A DNA stretch of 64,000 nucleotides. Origin: Octopus sinensis. Taxonomy: Eukaryota. How positions within the stretch are numbered: position 1 is the stretch's first letter; each line of letters opens with the position of its first letter. Positions 26,991-38,978 of the stretch are shown here, piece after piece. The notes beneath the pieces are model-generated. The model was not told the DNA's origin, made no database searches, and saw nothing but the letters and a program-made list of their open reading frames with translations. The translations under genes were made by a program, and so were the position numbers. Location: contig NC_043010.1 in NCBI RefSeq assembly GCF_006345805.1, forward strand, positions 58,032,001 to 58,096,000. The letters run 5' to 3'.

Positions 26991-28162
26991 AACAAAGTGT
27001 TTGCAGGAGAGAAACCATCACTATATTCTTATGTGGGAAATGGGACATGTGATAAGTGGGATTGCATGGCATTCATGCCTTTCTCAGTAACATTATTACC
27101 AAAATTATAGTAAAAGTAGTCCAATGTGAAGTGGAAGGAAGTCAGATGTTTGGCTTCCATTCCATTCAATAAATTATGGAAGGTAGATGGAAAAACAGAT
27201 TAAATAAAATACTAGCACTTTATTGAAGACTGGGTCTTAGGATTCTCTTGAGGCCTACAAACACACACATATAGCATACTGCTGTTGTTGCCTTCAGGTT
27301 AGATAGTCACTAAAATCTCTCGTAATATATAATTTACCTCTGGTCCTCAGTGACGATGTCGGGTTTATTAATGTCGACATTGGAGTGAATGAGAGATTTC
27401 AGAGGAATGTCATACAAATACTTACATAACAGTTTGAGTATTTCTGACTGTACCCCAGGGTGACCTCAGTACATTTACAGACATACTGTCATACTCATAT
27501 ATATATACATGTCATGTATGTGTGTATAACATTATTGTAGATAATATTTTCAAATATATAGCATAAGTATATATAAATATATGTGTGTGTGTGTGAGTGC
27601 TTGTGTTGGGCTGAGTACATGTATGTATGTATGTATGTGTGTGCGGGTGTATTTTGGTGTTTGTACATTTTTGTGTCTGCTGTGTGTGCATTTCTGTGTA
27701 TGTGTGTTTAGAGGTTAGCAGAAGTGGCACAGTGTGTAAAGAGCCAGTTTATATGACAGAAAACATGCTACCAACCAATCAATTGCAACAATATTATTGA
27801 TCACTTGGTGATCAATGATATAAGGAGCAGTCATACAATGGGGTTATGGTTACATTGACATGGTTTCCACTCCAATACAACCCTTTCATTTAAACCATTT
27901 ACACTGACTGGGAATGAATAATAGTCCCTAACTGCACAGCACATTCTGAAGACAATTAGCCTCACCCTCATCATCCCCTAAAAATACCAGCTAAATATTT
28001 CTCCATTAAAGCTTGTTGTCTTAAAATATGAAGAACACACTAGAGATTCGTCTGGTAATGAATGCAGTGGTTTTATTTTATTCAATGGTTCTTCTTATTA
28101 ATGTTCTCTGAGATTCGTAAGAATGGGAGGTGGAAACCTGGTCCTAATATTGATTCAAGTTT

Positions 28163-28552
28163 AGGCACAAGGCAAGCAATTTTAATGCAGGGGGTAAGCC
28201 GATTACATTGACCCCGACAAAAGAATGAAAGTCAACCCCAATGGAATTTGAATTCAGAACGTGAGGACAGGCGAAATGCTGTTAAGCATTTCACCCACCA
28301 TGCTAATGATTCTGCCAGCTTACCTGGTCATAATATTTGTTTCTACTCTAAACACAAGGCCCAAAATTTTGGGGGAGGGGTCCAGTCGATTAGATCAACC
28401 CCAGTACACAACTGGTACTTAATTTATCAACCCCAAAAGGATGAAAGGCAAAGTCTATCTCGGCAGAATTTGAACTCGGAATGTAAAGACAGACAAAATA
28501 CTGCTAAGTATTTCGCCCAGCATGTTAACGTTTCTGCCAGCTCACCGCCTTT
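28163..28552 (-). mobile_element. Two head-to-tail SINE family A copies
   Basis: Two units ending (+ strand) CTGCCAGCTTACCT (~28325) and CTGCCAGCTCACCGCCTT (28552). Confidence 0.85.
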
Positions 28553-29269
28553 ACCTGGTCTTAATATTAACAAAAGGGTGGACCCCAGGTACCCAAGAAC
28601 AAGGTGGTCATGTTAAACTGGATGATGTATTAAATCTAGCATCCCTTAAATCTCCCTAGCTGTGACTGATTGGTCATCCTTTGATCTGAGGTTGGAACAG
28701 TTGAGAAATGTCCAAGAAGTTGTGTGATGGGTTTGAAATCAAAGCGATACAGCAAGTGACCATCACATTAGGCCCAAACCTAGTAATAAGTCTGCTGGAT
28801 CCAATGACGTTATCTTTACCTTTTTTCTATGCAGGGTTGATAATGTCATACCAGTTATGTAGTGGGGTTCATTTAATAGTGCAAGAAGACTAAGCTCAAT
28901 GAATGTTTTTGATGAAGTAGTCAGAAAAATGAAGAGCTGGCATTTGCTATGAGGTTAAAATGTTGACTTAACGAACCTACTATTTCCAGTTCAATCTCAG
29001 TGCCCAGCACCTTGTACAAGTGTCTTCTACAATAGCCTTGGATAGACTTAAAGTATTATGACTTGAATTCATCATCATTATTCTCCTCCTCTCCCTCCCC
29101 TCCTTCTTTTCATCATCATCATTGTCATCATCCCCTGAGCATTTCTGTCTTCATGTCTTAGAACACACGGAGCTGATTACCAAGTTCTCATAGCATATAA
29201 GTGACCAAAGCTCAAAACGTTCTCCCCTGAATGTGACACAAGTCCATCGCAAGGGTGACCCATAGACAT

Positions 29270-29395
29270 CTGAGTGGACAGGAGCGATGTGAAATGAAGG
29301 GTCTTGCTCAAAAACTCAATGCATCACTGCTAGTTTGGGACTCGAAACCATGATCTTCTGATCATGAATGCAACAGCCCAACCACAAGAACGTGT
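29270..29395 (-). mobile_element. tRNA-derived CORE-like SINE head
   Basis: + strand GTCTTGCTCAAAAACTCAATGC..GACTCGAAACCATGATC..CCCAACCAC, the reverse of an A-box/B-box/CTTGAGCAAGAC head. Confidence 0.6.
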
Positions 29396-29884
29396 GTAGG
29401 AACATTTGTGGAAGCTTTTGAACACCACTCTCTCATCCAAGCATACACTTAAGAGGGTACCCCCTAATGTAAGCCTTTAGTGTATCTCTTTGGTTTCAAC
29501 CTTCTGGCCCCTTTTTGACTTGTGACCATTAAAAGCAGCTTGAACGGAAGGCTTTCATAGCTAGAACTGATGTAAATGGGGACCTTCATTGGGTTATGTT
29601 CTGTGTGCATGTAACTAGGAGCTGTTTACTGGCTGAACTGGTTGGGGGACACCCAGGGATTGAATAGCAACAACAACAACAACAACCTTCAATTGTTCTG
29701 TCAAGATATATGATCATTCTACATGGATTAAGAGAGATTAGTAAACTAGTATCAAAATGTTACTAAATTTATGCAACAGGTTTCAAGTTATGTTTATTTC
29801 TCACACATACAATGCATATGCACATAAATAGGTATATATATACACGTATGTGTATTTTTTCAATGTGTACAAATAACATGGAAA

Positions 29885-30196
29885 AAAATAAATAAATAGT
29901 TACCAGGGTAGCGAAAATTCACATAAGTGCCAAGGATGTTACAGCCTACTTATAAATGTAGAAGATCTAAGGTTTAGTGAAATATTTAGAAATAACATAG
30001 CTAAATAAGGAAATTGAGTTACACGTAGATTAAAATGGCTTATTGATGTGTTTTGTTTCTCTTTTTTCCTTGACGAGATGATTATGTTGTTTTACATAAT
30101 TTTCTTCCCTCGGTAATAATACCAATGTTTTCTTCGAAACATATGTCGGAAGTATAAAGATTTGAATAACACCTGTGTTTAAATCTATTTCTTAAT
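29885..30196 (+). mobile_element. Penelope-like/retrozyme-like terminal fragment carrying a hammerhead motif
   Basis: AT-rich non-coding segment between TA-rich tracts containing the hammerhead fold at 30060-30160. Assignment to Penelope-like elements is inference from the known PLE-hammerhead association. Confidence 0.45.
30060..30160 (+). ncRNA. Type I hammerhead ribozyme motif (U3 core variant)
   Basis: Stem I TCTTT-TTTCC / GGAAG-(TAT)-AAAGA; core TTGACGA (30070-76); stem II GATGA/TCTTC; GAAA (30136-39); stem III AC-ATAT-GT; cleavage triplet GTC (30145-47). Confidence 0.7.
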
Positions 30197-30247
30197 TTAT
30201 ATATATATATATACATGGATGGATGGATAATAAAGATAAAACATGAT

Positions 30248-30560
30248 TGATGCCAGGGCTGCCTGACTGGCTCCCATGTTGGTGGCATGTGAAAAGCAGC
30301 ATCCAAATATGGCTGATGCCAGTGCCCCCTGACTGGCTCCCATACCGGTGACACGTTAAAAGCACTATCTGAACACAATCAATGCCAGGCATGTAAAAAG
30401 CACCCACTACACTCTCGGAGTGGTTGGCATTAGGAAGGGCATCCAGCTGTAGAAACTCTGCCAGATCATATTGGAGCCTGGTGCAGCCTCCTGGCTTCCC
30501 AGACCCCGGTCAAACCATTCAACTCATGCCAGCATGGAAAGCTGGCATGAATGATGATGA
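30248..30560 (+). mobile_element. RTE LINE 3'UTR fragment with three sub-repeats
   Basis: GGTGGCATGTGAAAAGCA / GGTGACACGTTAAAAGCAC / GGCATGTAAAAAGCACCC units, then GGCATTAGGAAGGGCATCC..ATGATGATGA. Confidence 0.85.
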
Positions 30561-30631
30561 GATAGACAGACAGACAGACAGATAGGTAGGTAGGTAGGTA
30601 CGTAGGTAGGTAGATAGATACATAGACAGAA

Positions 30632-30662
<31 letters not shown>

Positions 30663-31032
30663 GAGATAGACAGACAGACAGACAGATAGACAGACAGACA
30701 GACAGATAGACAGACAGACAGATAGATAGATAGAAAACTATAGATAGATAGATAACTATAGACAGGCGTAGTGATAGATAGACAGACAAAAGGATAATGC
30801 ATAGATAGATATGCGTGTGATCCCATACAAAAATCCCTGTTTGTCAGCCTCTCATCAGTTTATAAGAGAACAAAAGGGTTCATACAAACTCTGGGTCCCA
30901 GCTGGAGAAAAACTACTACTGTTGGACCTTTGTTCTCTGCCTTTCTTTCTTTCCCTTTCTCCCCCCCCCCCACACACATACACATACACATGGTATCTCT
31001 ATCACACATTCTCTCTTTCTGTCAAGCACAAT

Positions 31033-31070
<38 letters not shown>

Positions 31071-32890
31071 TACAGTAGTTTGATGAGCCCCGGGTCAACC
31101 CTGATCCACTAGACCTATGATCAAAGGTAGTCCAACCATGACCATCATTTAGAAGTGTAACTAGGATTGCACTGCCTAATGTCTTTTATTCCTTTAAAAT
31201 ATGCTAGTGAGTGTGATATGAGGGAGATTTGGCTGCTCTTTCTAGCTGATGAGCCAGCCAGAATGTGGTGCCCCTTGTTAGTTAGTAGTAGTAGTAATGG
31301 TACTACTGGTGATTGAAGTAGTAGTAGTAGTAGTAGTTGTGGCTGCTGTGTCATGTGAGAGATGCAGCACAGTGCCAACCAAACATGCACTTAACGCGAT
31401 GCATTGCGTAATTCATGCACAAGTAGTGGTGGTGGTGGTGGTGGTGGTATAGAGCTTGTGATGGTGGCGGAGAAATGCTAGAAATAATGGTGGAGGTGGT
31501 GAGGGTGGTGGTAGTGGCATTGGTTGATAGATGTGGTGGTGGTGGTGGTGGTGGTGGTTTGCAGTTTTGTAGCCCTCTCCTTAATCTGACTGAGCAGTCT
31601 TCTGATCCAAGACATTCTTGCCATGACCAACCAGTCTTATTACTGTGTGGAGGACAAACAACCCCACATGACAAAACTGTAAAGCATGGATTGAGGGAAG
31701 TTTAGTTGCTATTTCTAGCAGACCAAAGGACCACATAATCTATTGTTCATCAGTTGGTGGTGGTGGTTGTCTTTGTGGTATGGGGTGATTGTGGTGGTAT
31801 GTATTGGCACTTGTATTAGTGTTAGTGGTGGCAGTAGTAGTAATAGTAGTAGAAGTAGTAATCCTTTGTATGTGGTGGGTCGGGGAGTGGGTGGTATTTG
31901 GTGTCATTCAAAGTGTGGTGGTTGTTGTGTTGTGACAGTGAACTGTATGTGGTGTGACACAGGGCCAGGGTTGTAGAGAGAGAAAGAGAGAGAGAGAGAA
32001 GACTATTGTTGATGTGGTGATGGGGAGTGGAGGGGTAGAACTGAGCCAGGTCTTAGCTACAGTCATGTGTGTGTGTGAGAGAGAGTATGTATATGTATCT
32101 CTCTCTGCATTGTATAACTGAACGTGTGTGTGTGTATGTGTGTGTGGTTGTTCTGAGTGCTACTGTCGTTAACAATTTGAGTCAGATGATGAGGGGTGGT
32201 CAGCTCCAAACTGGCACTTCCCCCACCCCGTCCCAATCACCCAGCTGCCAGAGTGGCTGGGTGAAGGGAATTACTAGAAACAAACCCAATAGAGCAAAAA
32301 AACAAGGTGGGGCCCTTCAAAAGGATAAGCGACTCCAGTCTAGGGTCAGCATTGATCTAGCAAAAGATTTGTGATGGTGAGCAAGTGTAGAGTTGCATTA
32401 CTTTTGGAGGTGATGGTCATCTCATTGTTGTCAGAACATTTATCTAGGTGAGGGGTAAAAAGGGAGCAAGCTATGTGCACTGCCCTGTTGCTTTGTGGGT
32501 GGGTCTAGGACAAAAGGGTGAAAGGATAACCCTCTGATGGAGAAACAAGCTGTGAGCATCAGCTTTCTTTTCTAAAAGACTGGATTTGCAGTCTTGAAGC
32601 TGGGTGGAGGGGTAGCAGTTGTCTTGTGTCAACCTTGTCACTGGGTCTAGCTCCTTTACAGGGATCTTAGTGACACTGGGGGTAAGGGGGACATCTACCC
32701 TTTATATTCCAATGAAGCTTCCTTATATGGATGTGTCCTCCTGCAGTGTGGATCAAGGATGTTGGACCTCATCAGGGGTGGACTGAGCCATTGGTCAATC
32801 AGGCATTGCCTGGAGGCCCGGAATCCTGAGAGGACTCATGCTGTACATGTTAACTCTACTAAAACACACATTCAAAGGGGCCTGGTAAAG

Positions 32891-33237
32891 TTATGCTCGA
32901 GGGCCCTTAATACTCTCAGCTCGCCCCTGGATCTCAGTAATGCTGGCTGATGTTGTGGCCATTGGGGTATCACACACACACACATGTCCGTGACAATTAA
33001 ATATCATCAGCTCTATTGTTTGTTCCCATAGGATGATACTCAGTAGGTGGAACCCAGCAGAGAGTAACAGTTGGGATCCTCCAATCACCCGTGTGGATGA
33101 GTACTCTGCTGGTGTCACTATCTGAAATGCACATTCGTCAAAGAATCTATTGTCGACGGAGGAGATTGACTGAGATGACAGTGATGGTGGACATTGATTT
33201 TCATCAGCAACAACACTAAATAATTGTGTAGGAATGG
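32891..33237 (-). other. Unassigned ~115-codon open frame: possible exon, or decayed LINE endonuclease
   Basis: Open frame SIPTQLFSVVADENQCPP..DNRFFDECAFQIVTPAEYSSTRV..KGPRA* after a CTGTAG acceptor-like site. Mostly non-repetitive; no family recognised. Confidence 0.25.
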
Positions 33238-33507
33238 ATCTACAGATGCATTGATACACAAACATACACACACACATACAGAGATACACACACACATACA
33301 CATAGGCACATAAACACATACATACAAACACATACATATTCGCACATATATACATACATGTTTGCATACATACAAACATTCATACATACATATACACATG
33401 TACATGTATGTGTAGCTGTGTGTCTGTATGTGTGTGTGTATAAACACAGGACAAATTAAGATATCGCTTCAGCTGCTTTACAAAATGTCCTTGGTTCGAT
33501 AGTGGTG

Positions 33508-33543
<36 letters not shown>

Positions 33544-33859
33544 GTTATTGTTGTCGTTGTTGTAGATGGTCGTCTCTATTGTTGCTGCAAAGTATGAAGT
33601 ACTGAAGAGCTTCCCCAAGCAATCGGCTGCATGTTATCCTTTTGCAGCCGCTTCATTTCTCTATTATTTCAAGTGTAGAGATGAGATGGGAAAGAGAGGG
33701 AGCAGGAAGACACACGGGGCACTGAGAGGGGTGGTGATGTCAGGGTTAGTTGTGGAGGCTTTACGGTAGTAATGGTGACGCCACTGGTACAACTAGAGAC
33801 AATGGCGGTGGAGTAGTTTTTAGTTGACACCATATTGTATGTGAGAGTAGATTAGATTA

Positions 33860-34278
33860 GTTCATCTGTTGTTGTCGATGATGACCGTGGACATCACATG
33901 GGAGAAGATGACGAGTCACAGTGAGTCCAGCTGTGGTCAATCAGTGCAATGCATGCTCAGAAGGCTCTGCCGCAGGTTGGGCACTGGTGGTTTGCTGAGA
34001 ACAAAGGTCTAAAGAGTTGCCTCTGAACTTGGCATAGTTCGCGTTCTCTTTGTGTTCCTGCAACCCTCTTCTGTTCGTAGGAGGTGGTAATTCTGTTGGT
34101 GCAGCTTTGCCAGGCAGAGCAGTTTTGTTCTTGCATTTCCCAGATGTCAGGGTTGATCACAAAGGTCTTTGCATTGCAAGCAGAGTGGACAGAAAAACCG
34201 CTTCAAAGACGCACTTGAAGCCTCGTTGAAGAGCTTTGAGCTGTAACACAATGGATGTCATTTGGTAGACAGTGTCTC
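33860..34278 (-). mobile_element. RTE (BovB-like) LINE 3' end with an internal inversion
   Basis: Minus strand: FVINPDIWEMQEQNCSAWQSC..YEQKRV..CPTCGRAF*ACIALIDHSWTH. Plus strand 34177-34238: KQSGQKNRFKDALEASLKSF. Confidence 0.8.
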
Positions 34279-34344
34279 CAGGGAAACTCTTCACAATGTA
34301 TCTACTGTTGATCTGGACAAGAACTACTGACACAAATCTACCTT

Positions 34345-34723
34345 AGGTGCAGGAGTGGCTGTGTGGTAAGTAGCTTGCTTACCAACCACATGGTTCTGGG
34401 TTCAGTTCCACTGCATGGCACCTTGGGCAAGTGTCTTCTACTATAGCCTCAGGCCGACCACAGCCTTGTGAGTGGATTTGGTAGATGGAAATTGAAAGAA
34501 GCCCGTCATATATATATATGTGTGTGTGTGTGTTTGTCCCTCCACCAACATTGCTTGATAACCAAAGCTGGTGTGCTTAGATCCCCATAACTTAGTGGTT
34601 TGGCAAAAGAGACCGATAGAATAATTACTAGGCTTACAAAGAGTAAGTCCTGGAGTCGATTTGCTCGATTAAGGGCGGCGCTCCAGCATGGCTGTTGTCA
34701 AATTACTGAAATAAGTAAAAGAA
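34345..34723 (+). mobile_element. Composite SINE family B (tRNA head, CORE-like block, internal TA/TG tract, second module)
   Basis: GTGGCTGTGTGGTAAG..GGGTTCAGTTCCACTG..CACCTTGGGCAAGTGTCTTC..(TA)(TG)n..GCTGGTGTG..CTCCAGCATGGC..TAAAAGA. Confidence 0.9.
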
Positions 34724-35117
34724 TTAAGGAGGACCATAAAACGGCTATTTGGTGACCCTGTGTGACCGACCCCCAGTCAATTGAAAGAACAAAAGGCTCT
34801 CTTTAATGTTAAATAGTTTCTCTAAACTTTTATTTGTTAATTTTTTTCTAATCTTTTGACTTCAGCCCATGCAGGGGCACCTAAAATGAAGTATTTTTAT
34901 TATTTGAAACTATAATCATGAATAGCATCGTTAACGACAACTTTCGAACAGAACAATAACTGGTTCACTTCATTAGGGAGTGTCTATAACTCGCTGCAGA
35001 ACAAATATTTCAAGGACTTCTTTCTTGAAGCACCACTTTTTCAGTTTTCACATCGATGTACATATCTTTTGTTGAACGTGTGTGTGTGTGTGTGTGTTCG
35101 TGCGCATGTTTCTTTGT

Positions 35118-35158
<41 letters not shown>

Positions 35159-36181
35159 CAATGTAGATAGGTAGATAGATAGATAAATAGATAGATAGAC
35201 AGACAGACAAATAGATAGATAGATAGACAGATAGATAGACGGATGGATGGACAGAGACACAGACAAACAGACAGACAGATAGATAGATAGACATCATGCA
35301 TGTATAAACGTTGATGCATGTTCTGACGCCACTCCTCAATTCCCCGACAAAACTACTTTTGACAGTTGCAAGCAAATGGAAATTTATTCCTGCAAAATGA
35401 ATGGAAACCAGATGGAAAGCCTGGGATCGTAGCTGTACATTTCGTCATTCACTTACTCAACTAGAAGCATCCACATAGTGATGTGCCTTTCAGTTTTGCT
35501 AAACTGTCACCAAGACAACAAAGACAGCTGATAGACATCAATACATATTAGCAATGTCAGGATTTGTAGGCTTTCAATGAACGCTTCATTACGAATAAGA
35601 CTTTTTCTTCCCAAAGTGTTTCACAACAAACAATTGACCATAAAAACTTGCTATAACTTAGATTTAACAAAATATAAATGTTCTTCCACAGATTTTGCAA
35701 ACCAAACCTATGCCTTTGGCTGAAAAGTACTTTGTGATCATTGTATTTCATTTTTTAATATTTGTTCGCTTATTTATCTACACACAATGTTGCAGAGATG
35801 CGAAACGTAGATATGATAATGAGAGCATTTAATACTGAAGATATTATGTTACTTACTGCATTTCGGAATAATTTTTTTATTCACTGTTTCATAATTATAG
35901 ACAAAATAATTATTTTATAATGAACTGTAAGTTAACTGATTTCAGCTTACCACAGATTTTATATATACCTGGCAACCAGGTAAAGACGAGCAATCTATCT
36001 AGCATGTGTGTGCACGCGCACGTCTGCGTATGTGTATATATACATATATATACATACATACATATATATACACATACATATATACATACACATACATATA
36101 TACATATATATATATATACACATACATATATACACACATACATACATATAATACACACATACATACATATATATATATACT

Positions 36182-36255
<74 letters not shown>

Positions 36256-36587
36256 TACATACATGAGGTGCATTATACATCTTCGTTGGATGGTAGTGGT
36301 TATACAACATCTCACCAAAGCATAAGGATGTCAAATGCATTGAAACATTTGCCGTAATTTTAAATAAAGAAGATTGTTCATTCCGTTTTCTGTCGTTTAT
36401 CAAATGATTTTAACTCTACAGATACTATGGAATCCCTGATGTACTTCAAGTAGCAGGAGCATTTCCACTGAATGATGACATCAGGTAGCCAATAACTATG
36501 GACGAGCTTTGAATAACATCCTACAAGATTTTTACCTAAATCTTGTATGTGTGTGTGTGTGTGTGTGTGTGTAATAAAGCAGAGAGG

Positions 36588-36625
<38 letters not shown>

Positions 36626-36637
36626 AAGAGGAGGGGA

Positions 36638-36672
<35 letters not shown>

Positions 36673-36774
36673 AAGAGGAGGGGAAGAGAGAGAGAGGGAG
36701 AGTGTGTTAATTTCCATTAATCGAGTACCTAATTGTCTGGCAAACCCAACTGTCCAGTGCTTTTTTTTTTATTT

Positions 36775-36900
36775 TTACGCTTCACCAATTGTTTTTACAA
36801 CCGCCATTACCGGTCGCTGACGTCACTCTTTCATTGTTTACATACAAGTGGCAATAAATAAATAAATAAATAAAATGCCAATGCCAATGGCTGAGTGCTT
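36775..36900. promoter_or_regulatory. Candidate cis-regulatory cluster (CRE, YY1-like, CCAAT, forkhead motifs)
   Basis: CCAAT 36785, CCGCCATT 36801, TGACGTCA 36818-25, TGTTTAC 36835 and tandem GCCAATGCCAAT ~36877, in a CpG-retaining patch. Confidence 0.35.
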
Positions 36901-37340
36901 CTTTATCAGCGTTTATCTACTTCTGCATTGTCCATCCATTACTGGAAACGTCTTCCAAAGTTAATAAATGGTGTGAAAAGAATCCGTGTAACCCATACAG
37001 GAGCCGTTTTGAAAGAAGTGAAATGGAAATGCTTTGATGCATGAATATAACATAAGTTCTTGAATAATAAAGGACGATATGAAACAAAAAGATAAATCAA
37101 GGCAATTTATAAGCGATTCAGATAGGAATAAAGGTGTTGATGTACGGCAAACATTTGTAAGAGGGAAAAAAAAAAATCAAGATTTTCAGAATTGGAAATT
37201 GTGTTAATTAAGAGGTTCAGAGTAAAGCAATACAAGAGTATACCAATTTCAGCAGCACTGCTAATTAAAAATTCCAAGCAATTAAGTTCAGGAAGAACAT
37301 GTGTTAAATTGTTGGATGGTATAAAAAGTTTAACATAGAC

Positions 37341-37733
37341 ACAGGTGTGGCTGTGTGGTAAGTAGCTTGCTTACCAACCACATGGTTCCGGGTCCAGTCC
37401 CACTGTGTGGCACCTTGGGCAAATGTCTTCTGCTATAGCCTGGGCCGACCAAAGCCTTGTAAGTGGATTTGGTAGATGGAAACTGAAAGAAGCCCATTGT
37501 ATATGTACATATATATATATGTGTGTGTGTGTGTGTGGTGTGTGTATTTGTCCTGCCAACATCACTTGACAACTGATGCTGGTGTGTTCACGTCCCCATC
37601 ACTTAGCGGTTTGGAAAAAGACCGATAGAATAAGTACTAGACTGACAAAGAATAAGTCCTGGGGTCAATTCGTTTGACTAAAGGTGGTGCTCCAGCATGG
37701 CTGCAGTCAAATGACTGAAACAAATAGAAGAAT
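37341..37733 (+). mobile_element. Composite SINE family B
   Basis: Colinear with 34345-34723. Confidence 0.9.
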
Positions 37734-37904
37734 AGGATGCGACATTCTTAAACGACTTTGTCCTTTGTTTAATATACCAGCGTATTTGATAAGTAGGTAC
37801 TGTCCAGTTGCAACGGTTACTGGATTAGTACAATTGTACAGTATGTGAGTTTGTGTCTTTGAGCGTATATACATGCAGCTGCATTTATACATATATATGT
37901 ACAT

Positions 37905-38268
37905 GTCTATCTTCGCTGACGAAGATTTGGAAGGATGCTGTCCATGTCGTCTGCACGCTCGTTTGTGTCTGATGAGGCTGATGTGGGATCGACATTTACG
38001 ATTGCAATGATGACAGAGTTATGATATGATGCAGCTGTACTATTTTTTTGCCGCCTCTGACATTTGTCTTCAAGAGAGACACTGTGAGAGATCTCAAAGA
38101 AGGAAAGAGCATCACTGATGGTATGGTGCCAAGCAGCATGGTCAGCTGTTAGAGTGGATCACTCACGATAATCAAATGTCATGAATGCTAAGGGACTGCT
38201 TCAGGCAGTCCTTGTAATGCTTCTTTGGTGCCCCCTTGTTGTGGTAGCCAGTGGTGAGCTGATCGTAC
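37905..38268 (-). mobile_element. RTE LINE 3' fragment with terminal stem-loop
   Basis: Minus strand YDQLTTGYHNKGAPKKHYKDCLKQSLSIHDI..STLTADHAAWHHTISDALSFFE..LEDKCQRR..CHHCNRKCRSHISLIRHKRAC (frameshifted); hairpin ATCTTCG-N4-CGAAGAT. Confidence 0.85.
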
Positions 38269-38978
38269 ACACACACACAAATTCGTTTTTAACATTTGTG
38301 CTCGAAATAGAAAAATTATAAATGATAATATATAAAGAATGGGTTAAACAATTTTGGGGATAAAAATGTCGAAGTCTGTCCACCAAATGATGTTTTAAAT
38401 TCAATATTTTCACCCTATTCTCTCTACCTTTTCTTCTTCAAGTTCAACTTTTAAAAATGAATTATTTCATGTTTTTTTGATATTTCTACATACTTATGAC
38501 AAACACACACACACTCAATTAGTCACACAACTATGTCTATAAATAGTCTCTAAAATACGCATACCCTTCATCTACATTGCTCTGAGAAAGCTATAAAATG
38601 TTGCACAAGCACTCAGCTCTAAGGATAATGCTACTTATATAACAGAAACTGTTATAAGCCAATGAATGTGATTATGTAATCCTTTTGTTATCCATTGATA
38701 GTACGCACTGCACTCCCATAATGTCGTACTCTAAAGTACACGTATAATGGGTTTTAACAACTGGGTTTTAGTATCGCTATACCTAAGCAAAGCCATAGAA
38801 TACAATTATGTACATACATACCACGTGATTGACCAGATTATCGGGTGTTGTTATACATCACTGGTTACAATGTGCTGGGCATCGTTTTTAGCTTTGGGAT
38901 GATGCCACTCCACTGCCTTGGCCAACATTCCCCCTGATTGGGAGGATAGTTCTGTGGCAGGGTTACCCGTTTATAATG

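Noticed and set aside
32755-32785. Minus-strand CTGATGAGGTC..GATC possible hammerhead
   Set aside because: The stem is followed by CACAC, not GAAA.
38181-38253. Apparent signal-peptide first exon MNAKGLLQAVLVMLLWCPLVVVAS-G followed by GTGAG donor
   Set aside because: It is the antisense of an RTE ORF (QLTTGYHNKGAPKKHYKDCLKQSLSIH) that continues colinearly to the element's 3' end at 37905. Exonisation is possible but unsupported.
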